From positions 92,077,741 through 92,141,740 of the forward strand of contig CM041465.1 of the NCBI GenBank assembly GCA_023213395.1: 64,000 nt of DNA, in the 5' to 3' direction. This stretch comes from Cycas panzhihuaensis (lineage: Eukaryota; Plantae; Cycadophyta). Under the pieces are notes generated by a model. The model saw nothing but the letters and a program-made list of their open reading frames with translations. It was not told the DNA's origin and made no database searches. This document shows positions 38,986 to 53,687 of the stretch, in pieces (the first letter of the stretch is position 1; each line of letters opens with the position of its first letter). The position numbers and the translations under genes were made by a program.

Positions 38986-41900
38986 ATAGAGTAGAGACTT
39001 GCTCTTATTCTTCCGTGCCCACAAGGGGTTTTCACAAAGAGAATAGAGTATGATGATCCTATTGCCATCTTCTTTGATTAATCGAAGATGGAGGCCCTAA
39101 GGCTGAGCTACCTTAAGAACTATTCAAACTTCACCTTTTATAGTGGTTTGGTAAAGATATCGGCCACTTGATCTGTTGTGGGGCACTAATCTAATTGAAT
39201 TGTGCCATCATGAACAAGTTCCCTAATCCTGTGGACTTTCATACTTATGTGTTTGGTACAATCATGAAATACAGGATTTTTCGCCATGCAGATTGCTGAT
39301 TGATTATCCATATGAAGACTCGTAGGACTTATTTGGGTGATATTCAATGTTTCCAATAATTTTCTCAGCCATATCATCTCTTTACTGGTCTCAGAAGTAG
39401 CAATGTATTCAGCTTCGGCAGTTGAATCTATAACTATCTTCTGTCATCTAGATCTCTATGATATTGGTGTTGTTCCAAGAAACGTTACATACCCAGACGT
39501 AGATCTTCCTGTATCTTTATCTCTTACAAAGTCTGAGTCTATGTATGTAGAAAGCTTGAAGTCTAAATTAGGTTCATACAACAGACCATATTTGTTGGTC
39601 ATCTTAAGGTATCTCAACACTCGCACTACTACCTGCCAATGATTCTGCTTAGGATTTATCATGTAACAAGCAAGAATACTGATAGAATATATAATATTTG
39701 GCATTGTATTGGTAGTGTAGATGAGACTACCTATAAGTTTCCTATAGAGTGTTGCATCTGCCTCCCTAGTTCCACCTTTAGTTGAGAGTTTGGTGTTAGG
39801 ATCCATAGGTAATATCACTGGTCGAGCATCTTTTAACTGAAACTTGGTTAGAAGATCATTGATGTATTTTTCTTAAGAAAGGAAATTTTTTCTATTCTTT
39901 TGTATTACTTCAATTCCCAAGTAATATTTTATCAAACTGAGGTCAGACAATTCGAACGTTTTACCAAGGTCCCTTTTCAGCTGACTTATTGCCTATTCAC
40001 TATTACCCGTTACTAGCATGTCATCCACAAAGATTATGAGATAAGTAACTTTATCTTTATGGTACTTGATGAATAATGTTGCATCAATATCTTGATAGTC
40101 ACAAACCTTATATCCAAGTTGCCTCATCCTTTCAGACAATTTGTCAAACCAAGCGTGAGGGGCTTGTTTAAGGCCATACAAGGACTTTCTAAGCCTGCAA
40201 ACCTTATGCTCTTGACCTTCGATCTCATATCCTTCTGGCTGAGCTATGTAAATTTCTTCTTCAAGATCTTCATTGAGAAATGCAGTCTTAATATCAAGTT
40301 GGTGGATTTTCCAACCCTGTTGAGCAGCCAAGGCCACAAGAGTTCTAATTATAGGCTACTTGGTTATAGGTACAAAGACTTTAGTGTAGTTGATGCCTTC
40401 CCTTTGTGTAAATCCTTTAGCTACCAACCTTACCTTATGTTTTTTAAGGGTGCTGTCTGATTTATATTTGTTTTTGAACACCGATTTATTTTGAACTACC
40501 TTTCTGCCAAGTGGTAGATCAATGGGCTCCCATGTACCATTCTTGATAAGAGATTGGTACTCTTCATTCATGGCATTTCTCAAAGCTACATGCTTTACAG
40601 CTTCTTGGTATGTTAAGGGCTCTTCATTAAGAGTAAGGTACGATTCCGCTGGTTCAAGCTCAGTATATAATGATTCTTGTATCCTTGCTCTATGGGCACT
40701 TCGAGTGCCAATTTTAACCACCTCATCTGGTCATATGTCCTTACTAAGTTGGCGGGCTTCTCGAGATCCTCGAGTTGGGAATGATGTCCTCATTTCCCCA
40801 ACTTCTTGGTTCTCATCATGTTCATTAAAATGATTATTTTGTAAGGAGGATGTTGATGTGCCTAAGGAAGGTGGTCCTTCTACCACTGTTTTACCTTTAT
40901 CAATTGAAGATGGAGAGGATGGTTCTTCTATAATGGCTTTGCCTTTGTCAACTCTATTATCTTCAAAAGATGGTGCTAGATGTGCACTCATCGGTTGAGA
41001 ATCACAACTTGTATCCTCTAAGGCTCTATTGTCAGCTTCCAACATTTGGAGTAATTTATATCTGTCCCCCCCCCCCTTAAATTTTGGAATCAGAACATCA
41101 TACTTGATAACATTATTGTAGCAGTGTAAGGGTACTATGGAGTCTAATTTAAGTAACTGATCCTCTGTCTCCGTAAAAATGACATCTTTGGTAACGATGA
41201 TTTTTTGTTGTGAAGGTATGAAGACCTTACACCCTTTCTTATCCATAGGGTATCCAACAAAGACGCCTTTAAGTGCCCTTGGCTGGAGTTTATTTCTATC
41301 TATATATAGAATATGGGCATAGCATGTAGAGCCAAAATTTCTAAAGTAGTGAACAATGGGGGCTTGTCCTGACCACTTTTCATTAGGTGATCGTACTTCC
41401 TTTGATGGGCTAACAACATTAATACAATAAACGATTGTCCAGATTGCTTTAGCCCATAGATAGGCAGCTACATTTTTATATATTAACATAGCATAAGCCA
41501 TGTTCATGATTGTCCTGTTCATGCACTTGGCAACTCTATTTTGCTGTGGGGTACCTACTATTGTTGTTTGATACTTGATGCCATTGTCTCGAAGGTAGCT
41601 TTCAAACTCATGTGAGGTATATTTACCACCATTATCAGTTCGAAGACATTTGAGTTGATAACCTGACTCTTTTTCAGTGAGGGCTTTGAATTCCTTGAAT
41701 ATACAGAATGCTTCATCTTTCTTGTGTAGAAAGCTACCCATACTTTTCTAGTGAAATCATTAATGAAAGAGATGTAATATAGCTTGCCCTTCAGTGAATG
41801 AATAGGCATTGGCCCGCATAAATTAGAGTGTACTAATTGTAATGGATGGCTTGATTTCCACTGACTTTTGGGAAAGGGTTGTCAATGAAATTTGGCAATG

Positions 41901-44900
41901 ATAAAAGCTTCATATTTAAAGGGCTTAGAGAAAAACTTTGGAAGGTTTGGAAGAGTATTAGAAAGATCTCTAAGTCTATCAATGTGAACATGGCCCATAC
42001 GAACATGCCAAAGAGCTTCTAGTGACAACGTTGGAAGGGTCAAGATGGAATTAAATGTAAATTCTTTATCGGCATAAGGGCTTTGGGCACAATGGGCTTC
42101 AGAAGATGGAGAGCCATTCAGTCGAAAGAGTTTGCCAGAGAGATGTCTAGTCAAAACCACATGATTAGTTAGAGGGTGAATGACCTTAAGAGTCTGGTCA
42201 TTTGTAGTTACACTCAGATCAAATCCACGAGAAACAAGTGTGGATAAAGAGAGTAGGTTTTGTTTGAGATTTGGTGTATATAAGACATTAAGCAATGTAA
42301 AATCTTCTAAGCCTGGGAGTTTTAACCAAATATTACCAATTTTTTTAACAGGTTGTTGTGATTTATCAGCCATGTGAACAACTCCATGAACATTTGAGTC
42401 AAATGTTTGATATAGACTGTGATTGCATGTCATATGTTGAGTTGCTCCTGTGTCCATGATCCACTGTCCATCGATTGAAGCCACACTATTGGCAATTCCA
42501 ATAAGGCTTAGTATTAGTGAAGGGAATTCACAAGTGATATATCCACACCGAGCTTCAAAGTATCTCTTTGGTTGGTTAATGGCATTTAATGCTAAAGATC
42601 CCTCAATTCTTTGAATATGTGCTTGTACAAAACCTGTACCACTAAAGGATTCTTCACAAGTTTCTTCAACATTGTGAGCTCCATGTTTTGGTTGGAACTT
42701 GGCTAACTTATAAGTAGTAATTCTTTAATCTTTTACTAAATATCCTTTATGGTTACATCGATCACACATAATAGTTTGATTACCAGTTCCTGAAGAAGTA
42801 CTAGTTTAACCTAACTGTCTTGCTCTTTGTTGAGGTGGCCCTTGGCTTTGAAACTGTCAAGGTTATGATTGAGGGTTTGATTGACCTTATGGATGATTTC
42901 CCATATTTCTTCCTCTTCCTCTTACTCAGTTATTTCCTCTGCCATGAGAGGGACCTTGATTTTTTATGTAGCAAACTTCTTCTTCTACCTCAAAGGCTAC
43001 ATATGGAAGAGAGTCAAAGGCTATAAAGTTTGTATCAAAGGTCTTGTCAAATTCTATGAACTTCTCGACAAGTTCTTTAAAGTTGAGTGTCTTCAATGTT
43101 CCACTAGATTGAAGACTTCCAAGTAAGTTTTTATAATCAGGGACATGTAAACATGACTAGATCAAAATGCCCAAGTGATACATTGGGTCTTAAAGTCTTT
43201 GTCAATTGCCTATTGGATTGGTTGAAGAAGATTTATTGTCTCATGAGCTCGTCCCTTCTGCATTTTTAATTTGTTTATTTTCAAAATAAGATAAACAAAT
43301 TCTAAATCTGACTTTGTATCAAAGTTCTTTCTAAGAACTTCTAGGACCTTCCAGGCTGTATCATGTTCCTCTTCGTTTATCAAGTTGTGCAAGGAGTGAT
43401 CAATGACCAACAAAATTCTTGCACGAATCTTTTCATCATCTATCTCCCATTATAGTTTAGCTATAACATCTGTAGGAGTTGTTGGGGCAGATCCACTCGA
43501 AGCAAATGTTGTAGCCATTATTGGTGTGCTGGGTGTAGGATGCAAGTGGGCTCTCTAAAGGGCTTCATGCTTTATAGCATTTTTAATTCCAGTGTACTAT
43601 ATATCCCAATTTTCTTTGCTTTTCAATATGCAGTTAACATTTTGCTTAAATTGAGATGACATGGTGATGATGAAGAAGTAGAAGAGATGATAGAAGTATG
43701 TGTCACTGACACGTGTGGCTAATACACCTTGCACAGCAGGGATGTAGAAATGATTATTATGATGAGAAGCAAGCAATGATTAACTAAAAATGAATATAAG
43801 TAATGATACAAGAATGAGGCCTAATGTAGAGCTGGCAAAGAGTGGTGATGTGTCATACCACTAACCTCTCACTTATGTCCAAATGTAGGTGAGGTTTCGA
43901 TGCCTAAAGCTTCTAGTATACGATTAGGGCCTTCACCCGCAATACCTGCACCTGCGCTTGGTGATGAAATCCAAGTCACAGTGGAGCCCAGGTACTCCCA
44001 GTCCTCACCCAGTTCACCAATGAGTAGCTTTATACCTCCTCTGAAGAGTCAAACGATACTATGTATCCCATGGCTATGATGGATATTAGACCAAGTTAAT
44101 TTTAATCTTGCATTAAGGTTTTCAGTTTTCCCGGTTGGTTATCAGGATTATCCTTTATTGGAGGCCGTAGATATGGCTAACTTGTCCCTCCACCACTATT
44201 CTAGTTAAGACCAGACCCAGTATGAAACTCACACCTCCCTTAGGGCTTAGAATTCGACCAACCTTGGTCTATTTCAACTAAGGCGAGTGTGCACATAAGT
44301 TAAGAACTAGCAGTATAGATCGTACGGATGAGATTCCTTTTAGGAATAGTATAAGATGTTTCTGTATAACTGAAAACTGAAATAAAAACTTGCCAAATGT
44401 GCTTGCTTGCTTTTCATGCTTACTTTATTGTTGTTGTTACTTTTGTGATGTTTTGTTGTTGTTGTTGCTTTTGTGATACTTTATTGTTATTGTTGCTTTT
44501 GTGATGCTTTATGCTATGTGTGCAAATAGAAAAGCATGCTAGATTTAGTAGGGGAACTAGATATTACTTCCGATCCAAGGTTTCCCTTGCTTTAGTATAA
44601 TGTTTCCAAATATGATTTTGGAAGTTTTAATACAAAATCCATAATAGGCTAAAAAGCAGATCAACTTGCCACTAAAATGATGATTTTTCTAAATCTATAT
44701 ACATGCTATTTTGCCTTATTTTGTGATTTTTTCATAAAATTTATAAATAATAATAAATGGGTAATTTTTACAAATTACAAATATGAAGGCTTAAATCATG
44801 AAATATAAATTTATGATAGAAGGAAAAAGTGTTTATAATATCATTTCTAATATATTTGTAAAGTTAGATTTTAGAAAATCCACAAAAATTTTTCTGCCTA

Positions 44901-45953
44901 AAAAAACACCAAAGCAAAAATCATGCCAGATCAACTATCTCAAAATCAGGACTTCAATATGTCAAAAGTTATGTTTTGACATGTACATTAACTTTCCCTT
45001 CTGTACTATCTACAAAATCTGCCAAAATATTTCCTGAAATGCCCTTACAAGGTCCTTTATGGGTTTGAGTAGGTAAAATCAGCGACCGTGAGAAAACTGC
45101 ATATATCTCACTAACAAGTGGATGAAATTTGATGATATTTATCTTAAAATGATCTTAATACATAAATGTAATAGATACATTAATAAAACTTTTAGATCTT
45201 CAGCATATAATTAAAGGATTTCATTAGGAAAAGTGCTTTAAATCACTGATCTATAAAATTTACCCTTTTTATCATAGCTAAAATTTGCTATTTTAGGCTA
45301 AATCTGAAGCTACTATAGAAGACAAAAATGATTCTCTAGTGAAGTTGATCTTGCACACTAAATTTTATCAAATTATGAGATGGTTAAATTTTTATGAAAA
45401 TTTGGGCCTTTAATGCTCCCGGGACTGTTCTGGTAGCTGAACGACTTCAAAAACCTGTATTCTTCACTTTTGAATTTCTGCACACATGGACAAAGTAGCA
45501 ACATGTAAAATACTATAATTTTATGCTCTCAAAATGTTAAAAAAAGGAATGCACTCTTAATACTTCACATTGAAGGTGAAGAAGAGGCAAAATGACTCCA
45601 TGCAAGTGGAATGGAGTGAATAGATCCCCTTCTAGCTCTAATACCACATGAAGGAAGGATGGATCTAGGAGATAAATTACTCACATGCACACAATAGAAA
45701 TGGAGAATGAAAATGAGGATGAAACAAGATATGAGCTTGGAGGTAAAAATGAATAATGACTCCCTCCTTGTGATTTCTCCTTTTATTATTGAGGGTGAGT
45801 ATTAAGGTTAGGATTTTCCTGCCTAATGACATGAACCTAAAATTACACCTAACGCACATAAAGTACATTTCATTAAGAGACTAATGCTAATAATATATCC
45901 TAAGATCACATAATTAATCTACATAAACAACCTTGATAAATTAACCTCTTTCA
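38986..45953 (-). mobile_element. Ty1/copia family A, minus-strand copy: 5' LTR, PBS, leader and gag-pol; 3' LTR deleted
   Basis: LTR 45953-45649. PBS TGGTATTAGAGC at 45646-45635. ORFs include WIMDTGATQHMT, WHVRMGH, LRTDNGGKY, IHQLDIKTAFLN, FVDDML and TKHISMKVH. Co-linear with 53688-60615. Confidence 0.95.
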
Positions 45954-48900
45954 TAAAGAGGGCATTCTCCACCTCCTCCATAGAGAAAGGTTCCTTCAAC
46001 CACCTGTTTTACTCTTCCTCAATCAGTTTAGGGATGTATCCCATTATCTCCTTCCTTAAATCTACCTCCTGACAGCTTGATTCTTCAAAGAAGTTCTTAA
46101 AGTGGTCCACCACAATACCTTTAATACCCTCTTCTATCTCCTAAACAACTCCTCCACTGCTCCTTAGTTTGTTTATTTTGTTACAGGATCTATGTTTAAG
46201 GGTCATCATATGGAAAACTTTTGTGTTTTTGTCCCCCTCTATCAACCAGAGGGCCCTCAACTTCTACTTCCAATGGATTTCCTCCTTAGCCAAGTTTTCC
46301 TCTAGGTTCCTGATAGTCGTTCTCTCCAAGTGGTCCACAGTGAGGGATCTACCTTCCTCCTGAACTCTTCCCTTAATCTCACTTAGCTCTCTTAGAAGCT
46401 GACTCTTTTCCTTGAAAATGTTACAAAAAACTTCTATGTTCCAAGTTTTGATTTACATTTTCACCCAGTTTAGCTTCTTTGAGAACCTGAATATAGCATG
46501 CCCCTCCACTGGGATACTCCACCATTCCTTAACCTAGTTCCTGAGGTCTAGATGTTTTATCCACATAAGTTTGAACCTGAAAGGGGCCCCATGGTGTTTT
46601 CGTTAGGTGTTAAACTCAAGCATCAATGGTGAATAGTCAGAGGCCACCTTTGGAAGAGCTTTTAATTTGATGTCATTATGGATTCTTGTCCATTCATAAT
46701 CGATCAACACCCTGTCAAGCTTTATCTGGATATGGTTATCTCCTAGTCTTCTATTTAACCAGGTATACTTGGCTCCACGTAATGGGGCATCCATCAAACC
46801 CCCTTTTTGTAGGAATTCCCCCAAATCTGACATACTTCTAGACCAACCCTCTTGGCCCCTTTTCTTCTCACCTAAGGTTGGGGCTGAATTTAGGTCCCCC
46901 GCTACTAGCCAAGGGCCCTTCCAATCTTTATGAACTTCCATAATCCTCTCCCATAAGATCTTTCTCCCTTCCGTTGTTATTAGAGCATAGTTGTTGGTAG
47001 CCATCCATTGTAAGTTCATCCTCCTACAGGTGAAGTAAATCATCATAAAGTAATCCTCGTGAATCATAGCCATCCCATCCCAGACTCTTGGGTTCCAAAG
47101 AACTACTAAACCTCCTAAGCCTTGGGATCCTTCTCTCGCTAGTAGCTCCTCGTTCCTCCAAACCTTATTTTTCACCTCTATCCCTTTTCTTTTCTCTAGT
47201 TTAGTTTCTTGAAGCATCATAATATCCCCTCCTAATTTGACCCTCATGTATCTCATCGCTTTCTGCTTAGAAGGGGAATTTAAGCCCCTAATATTCCATG
47301 AGATTAACCTCATAACCTACTATAGGCCCTCCCACCCCTAGCGTCATGGGGGACACCTCTTACTTCTCAAGAATGGTCCTTTAGTCATACTTTCCTTCAA
47401 GGTTTGTTGATACCCTTGATTTATTTCGAAAGTTGTCTCCCTTTCTTATATCACTCTTTTAGAGGTTCTTCCCACTTTCCTCTCACTACCCAATTCAAGG
47501 CCTCGCCTTTGACTCACCAATTCCTCATAATTCCCTTTCCCCTTTAAAATCCATATTTGTTCTATGCTATCCAATCCTTCATACCCCTCCCTCATCCTCA
47601 TGTTCTCCATAGGTTGCACCCCTTCTAGACCCTCATAGAAGGCCTTGCACCTAGCCTCTGTTGACCTAGATTTCCCCTCTACATGTCCCCTTGATGTATC
47701 CTTCTCCTTTCCTTCCTTAAAGAGGGTATCCTCTTCTTCCTAGTTTAATGTCTTCTCTCCCTCCTTCATCTCCTCATCCTTAAGGGACCCCTCCATGGCT
47801 ATCTCCTAGGCCTTGTCCGAGACCCACTCCCTTACCTCCTCTTATGGCCCTATGTATGAGCCCTCCTTCTGCCCTACCTCCTCCTTTTTCAGATCCATGG
47901 GGTATTTTAGAGGAAGGTACCCCTGGCTTCTATCCCATCCCCTAGATTCAATCTTGACTTCTTCTAGGAGACTTTTATCTAGTCTTGCTAGGATATAAAA
48001 TATGGCATTTATTAGTCAGGATCTATTTTTTGTTGCTGAGTCTATGGCCAATAAGGGGCCTACAACCCTTGCAACACCTTTTATAACTTCTAGGTTCTAA
48101 AATTACAGAGGTAGCCCTGGCATATGGACCTAAATCAGAGCTTGTTTCACTACCAGAATCGAAGGGTCAAAACCTGGATGCCACTTTTCCAATGTTATTA
48201 CTTTCTGCCCTAATATCTAGGGGGATTTCAATAAGATACCTATCATATCTTCCTAGTTGGAAAACCTAAATAAGATGCATCCCTTAGGCATAGGCATAAC
48301 CTCCACCAGATGCTTTGTTCTCTACTTAGTCATCACCCATTCTTTGATGATATCAAGCCCTAGTCTGGGCCCTGAGAACTTGCTTACTAGGTTGTTCTCC
48401 TAGTATTTCTATGTCCTTTTAGTTAGATCTTTGGGAACATTTATTTTAACCAAATTATCTTTATAGATAGGCTCTATCTCATACATTTCTAGGTCTTTGG
48501 ATCTTAAAGCATCTTGGTATGTCCTTCCTACAGGGGAGGACTAGGTCTAGTTCATATTGATTATTTCCTCCATTCTATCTATGCAACTCAACTAATCAAA
48601 GCATAACAGAAAACTACCAAGCTAGTTAGCTACTCACTCATCTTATCACTTTAGGGTTGACCAGTATATCTTTTCCAGAGTTATTCTCTCTACACCACTA
48701 CTTCCTCTTCTTCTTGATGTAGAGCTTGACTTTGCTCTCTGAGTTACGGATCTTGTCTCCCCTTATTATCTGAGGGACAACACATATGCTTTGGGATGGG
48801 TGACTGTTTCTTCTACATGAAGGCCTCTTGAAGCACCTTCCTCCATCTCTTGGTCGTCTCCTAAAGTGCCACTCAGACACCCTTCCATTCATTGATAGAG

Positions 48901-49030
48901 GGATGACCTCGTCGCACAGCTGGGTAACTCGTTCCCCGTCACCATTCTAGAGGGATTCGAGTCCCTCGATGTCTCCTACCATGTGTGCCGATGGACCAGA
49001 CCTCACCACTGTTTGCTAACCCGATCGAAC
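45954..49030 (-). mobile_element. L1-type LINE, 5' half: GC-richer 5' UTR, ORF1 (DUF4283-like) and ORF2 endonuclease; RT missing
   Basis: ORF1 remnant about 48573-47320 (KGCILFRFSN..TLEKWHPGFDP..VHMPGLP). ORF2 continues through stops to LKEPFSMEEVENALF, where copia A is inserted. Confidence 0.88.
46603..47313 (-). CDS. LINE ORF2 AP-endonuclease domain (open fragment of a disrupted ORF2)
   Basis: SWNIRG, LQETK, GDLN, YTW, LDR and SD(Y).P catalytic motifs. Confidence 0.92.
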   Translation of the reverse strand: MRLISWNIRGLNSPSKQKAMRYMRVKLGGDIMMLQETKLEKRKGIEVKNKVWRNEELLAREGSQGLGGLVVLWNPRVWDGMAMIHEDYFMMIYFTCRRMNLQWMATNNYALITTEGRKILWERIMEVHKDWKGPWLVAGDLNSAPTLGEKKRGQEGWSRSMSDLGEFLQKGGLMDAPLRGAKYTWLNRRLGDNHIQIKLDRVLIDYEWTRIHNDIKLKALPKVASDYSPLMLEFNT

Positions 49031-50944
49031 CAGTCACTAACCCCTTGATTGAACTTTGTCTTATTAAAAGAATCATCTACATATTTATAGAATACCCCAT
49101 CCTATATAGAGATCCCTCTAGGTTGACTTTTGTACGATATCATAATTCTCAAGTGGCATACATGTTAAGGTGACTAAAATATAAAATTCATTAAATAATA
49201 CGATAGTATAAAATGGGTTAGGGATAATAATAAATATAATTAGATATTACTATCCAACATTCTACCTCCATAATATATAAGTATACAATCATAAATATCA
49301 TATTAGATACAAATTAGTATTCAAATTTTTATTACGTTATAACCTGTTTGAATATCATCAAATACTGTTGACATCCATATGAAGAATGCTCTATCTACTA
49401 AACCACATATGTAACTAGCCACTGTGATTATAAGATTACCAAGTAACTCCTTTAAGTATGTGGTTTTTTCAATGCCATATTAGTATCACTCTAGGAATAT
49501 ATCATCCTATGAGGCCAAAGAAGTGTGCTAAAAGTAATTGTAAAAAAGTGTCCTATCTCTTGCCAAATGAAACCATGAGTAGCTTCTTCAATAGTTATTG
49601 GTTAAAAGTATAATATCATTAATAACTATGGTAAAACATCTCAAGTCATTGGCATCTATAACTAGAATTATAATGAAAAATGTCTTCTTGGTCTTACAAA
49701 TGGGCTTTATGGCCTCACAAATTTACCTCACTATATATACATAGTTCAACAATACATATGTCATTAACCTAAATATGATTATGAAAGGATATGACTCAAT
49801 ACATTAATAAATTACTCTATCTTAATAATAATTTTAACAAATTTTTAATATGAAATGGATTCCTCTAGAGCCTATTAGATAAATTTGTATATTTTTCTCC
49901 CTTTTAGGTTTACATTATATCAAATAAATAGTCATCAAATGATTTTGGAACATTTAAGAAAATATAAATATGCTTAGAAATAAAGAGAAACTTATAAAAT
50001 GATAACTTTTAAAAAATAAATTTCACTTTGAACTAAATTTTCTATAGCAAATTAGCTCTAAGAGACTTCATATAACCTATCATTTTAAAGGGAGGTGAAT
50101 CAACTTCCTAATACAACTTTCAGATCTAAAATTAGACTCCATGTACTCAAGATATTGAGGAAAATATGTAGCTAAGTACTTACAGAAATAAAGAGTATTA
50201 AAAAATAGAGTTAAGCCCCTTTACATACTAGGCTATTAGTCATATGAGTCTTCCATGTAATAAAGGGGTTATCTATGAGGGGCCTAGCAGACTTTAAATG
50301 AATATTCAATATGGCTAAGTGTATTTTTAACTTTAGAAAAAAAATCTTTACCTATCAAAAATTAATATCATACTGCATCTACTAAAATATCATATATGCC
50401 AAAAAAAAAAGTTTTATGCTATTTTCTTTGTTGGGTGTAACAGGTCAATGATTTTGCCATTGTAAAACGATTTATAATCCCTAGATTATGACATTTCCAT
50501 CATGTTCTTAAGCTATCCACTTCCTCTACAAAGCAATCTCTTCGCATGCTTACCCTATCCTATGCGATGGTTTCAAAAGGTAAATATAGGTTACTCTCTA
50601 CTACAAGTCCTAAATAATCTTCAACTTTGTCTATAGTATGTGTTTCTATTACTGCCAGTGGTCCACAATATCTATGACTATGTCATGTTCTCTTTATGAT
50701 ATTATAGATCTGCTATGTCTGGTGCAGTCGATCTATAAAGTATGTGTGATGCCTTACCATATTTCTCTATGTTTGTTTTATAAAACTTACTAAGACATTT
50801 TCCTTCTATCTCTATGTTAGGTCCTCCTTCTCCTCTATATGTTCTCTTACCCTGAATGGAGGGTGATTTATCTCCTATAACTATAATTCAATAATACCTT
50901 TGATAAATGCTACCTTCTCTTATGTTTCTTCCTTATTTTGTATG
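49031..50944 (-). mobile_element. Very old Ty1/copia remnant H (INT/RT/RNase H traces and part of a 3' LTR), host of element E and the LINE
   Basis: Minus strand HRYCGPLAV at about 50670, YLKELLGNL at about 49450 and KFEY at about 49325. GGAGGTAGAA followed by TGTTGGA at 49259. TATA-like TCTATAAATA at about 49085. Confidence 0.45.
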
Positions 50945-53687
50945 TGTTGGAATGCAATGTCTTATCTAGGATCTTAGATAAAGATCTATATATGTATCTT
51001 TATATAACCAAAGGACATGTGTCAATTTGTCATGTTTCAGTTACAAGTTAGTTCAAGGGGAGTTATAAACCCTAAATGTATTTAATCACTAGTACTCTTA
51101 ATAATATTCATCTAAGCATTATTCATCTACCATTCTAGTGTCAATCTAACATGGTATTAGATAAGGTTCTCATGTCCTACTGATTGAAGGTTTTTTTTCA
51201 TCTTTAAGAGGAAGTAGCTAGTCACAGACAAGGAAGTTTGAAGAAGAGAAGAAGATCGAGGAAAGTGATTTGAAGACAAAGAAACAAGTTGAAGAACTAA
51301 AGGACTGAGGAAGACTAAGGAAAGCGACTTAAAGTCGAAGAAACAAGTTTAAAGGATTGAGAAGAACCAGAGCTAGCCTCTGTAGAAGTCATATGAGTGG
51401 GTGTATGGTACCATGCAGTTGTACAAAGTGATGTTTTTCAAGTTCTCAAAACAAAATAAAACTTAACTAGAATATAGATCTCAACATTCTCTATATATTT
51501 CTCTTCTGTATTAAAGTCATCTAAAGTAGTTTCAGGGCAGTTTTTCTAGATTTTAATAGTGTATGGGTTTAAGAAGAAGTCACTCAAATTTTCTTAAAAT
51601 CTTTGGTTCCTTCACTTGAAATCTATCTTAAATCCTTTATAGAGCATAATTGATCAATTTAGACTAGATTTTAAAGAATTTTTGTGGAGATTTTCTCTAT
51701 TTAGAGTGATTTTATATAAAAACCTAGTCACTGTCCTCCTTTTTGGGCATGTTTTCTCTCAAATAAAGACTTGTTTTAGGAAAATAATTATAGATCTGAG
51801 TTTGCCTCATTAAGACCTTTTATTTAAGGTATGCTTTATTTCCATCTATATAAGTTGAGTGCCATATAGAATTCTATACAATTATATGGCCTAGGATCTA
51901 TCAAGACAATCTTCTATTTTTAGAATGGCCTCTTCCATCTTAGCTCTTTGACACAGATAAACTCATAGATGATAATAATCATGTATGGAAGATTAAGATA
52001 GAGATACTATTAAGAGCTAAGAATGGTTGGAGAATTACAACATGAGCTGGAGTAAAACCCAAGACTATTGGAACTAATTTAACTAGTTGGGAAGAATGGG
52101 ATAGTGCAAGGGTTATAGTATTGAAACTTTCAATATCAGATTCCCTTCTCATATATGTTAAGAATCTATATAAGCATTTGGAAATGTCTTGAGAACTTAT
52201 ATGGGTAGAAAAATAAGGCCAAAATAGTAGCCTTAAAAGAAGAATTATTTAAACTCCACATGAAGGAGTTTGAAATTATTGTTGAATTTATGCATAAAGT
52301 CATTTCCTTATGAAATGCTCTCTCTAGTATTGGTGTTGCAATTACAGATCAAGAGTTAATAGAAATAGTGGCTAATAAATTACCCAAATAATTTGATATG
52401 ATAATAAACACCATCACTAACACTGATTAGATAGTGACAATGATATTAGATGCATTGACAAGATTACTGTTAAGAAAGGAGCAAAGGAATAAATGATATG
52501 AAGATGCAAGAGAACTTAAGGATGTATTTGCCTCTAGACTAAACTTGGGATCTAGAGCATGAAGCAAAGGAAGAGAGAGAACTCTAGAAGTTTACACTCC
52601 ATCACAAGACCCATGGTAAGATGCAAAGGGATGAGGATGTAATACAACCTCAAGAATCTTTTATAATTGTGGTAAGATTGGTCATTTTGCAAGTTCATGT
52701 AGGGCTTTTGACTTGTGTTATCATTATGGTCAACCGTGATATTTCCCTTACCAATAAATCTAGAGAGGGAAGTACCCAATGGGCTGTTATAGCAAAGAAC
52801 AAGCTAATGAAGAGGATGAAGAAGAAACTACCTTTATCATCACACTTGCAGTAAGCCTTCTGGATAAAGACATGTGGTACATTAACTAAGAGTGTCACAC
52901 CACATGACTAGCTGAGAAGAATGGTTTGAAACCTTATAGCCATACTCTTCATACAGATCAGTGGAATTAGAGCATAAATACCCCCTTGAAATAAAAGGAG
53001 TTAGAACCATAGCTGTTAAAATACAGGACAATGTTTAAAAAATTAGAAATATACTCTTAGTTCCATGTCTAAAAATAAACCTATTATCTGTCTCTCAACT
53101 TGGGAAAAAAATGTTACGTACTTTTTTTTATGAAAAAGGATTTTGTTATATCCTTAATATGAATAATAATGTATATGTAATTATAAAAGGAACTAAAAGT
53201 AATGACCTATATAGGCTACTTTTACATCTTGTTTTTCCTTATGTAAAAGCATATACTGCAGTGAGTCATAATGATAAAATATGGCATTTGAAATATGGTC
53301 ATCTTCCTATGGATAAATTAAAAAAATATGGAAAAGGAAGGACTAACCAGTGATCTACCCTAAATCACATTTAATAATTTTATATGTAAAAGCTATCAAT
53401 CAAGAAAACAACACAGGTTGCCTTCTAAGAAAATAAGTGATAAGCCCAGAAAAAATTAGAATTAATTCACACTGATTTATATGGACCATTCACTCCACAT
53501 TCTATTAATAGATGTAGATACTTCATTACTTTCATAGATGATTTGACTAGGAAAATCTGGGTCTACTTCTTACATAACAAATTAGAAGTCTATGATGTAT
53601 TTAAAGAATTCAAAGCTAAAGCAGAACTAAAGGATGAGAAAAAAATCAAGTGCATAAGATCTAATGGCAGAGGTAAGTACATCTCCA

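Noticed and set aside
44035-44075. Hammerhead-like core CTGAAGAG-TCAAA-CGATAC
   Set aside because: Lacks the required GAAA, is antisense to the element, and the other copy reads TTAAAGAG..TGGTAC.
50216-50268. Short inverted repeat CCCCTTTA...TAAAGGGG as a possible MITE
   Set aside because: Only 8 bp, no TSD, and it lies within probable decayed RT sequence of element H.
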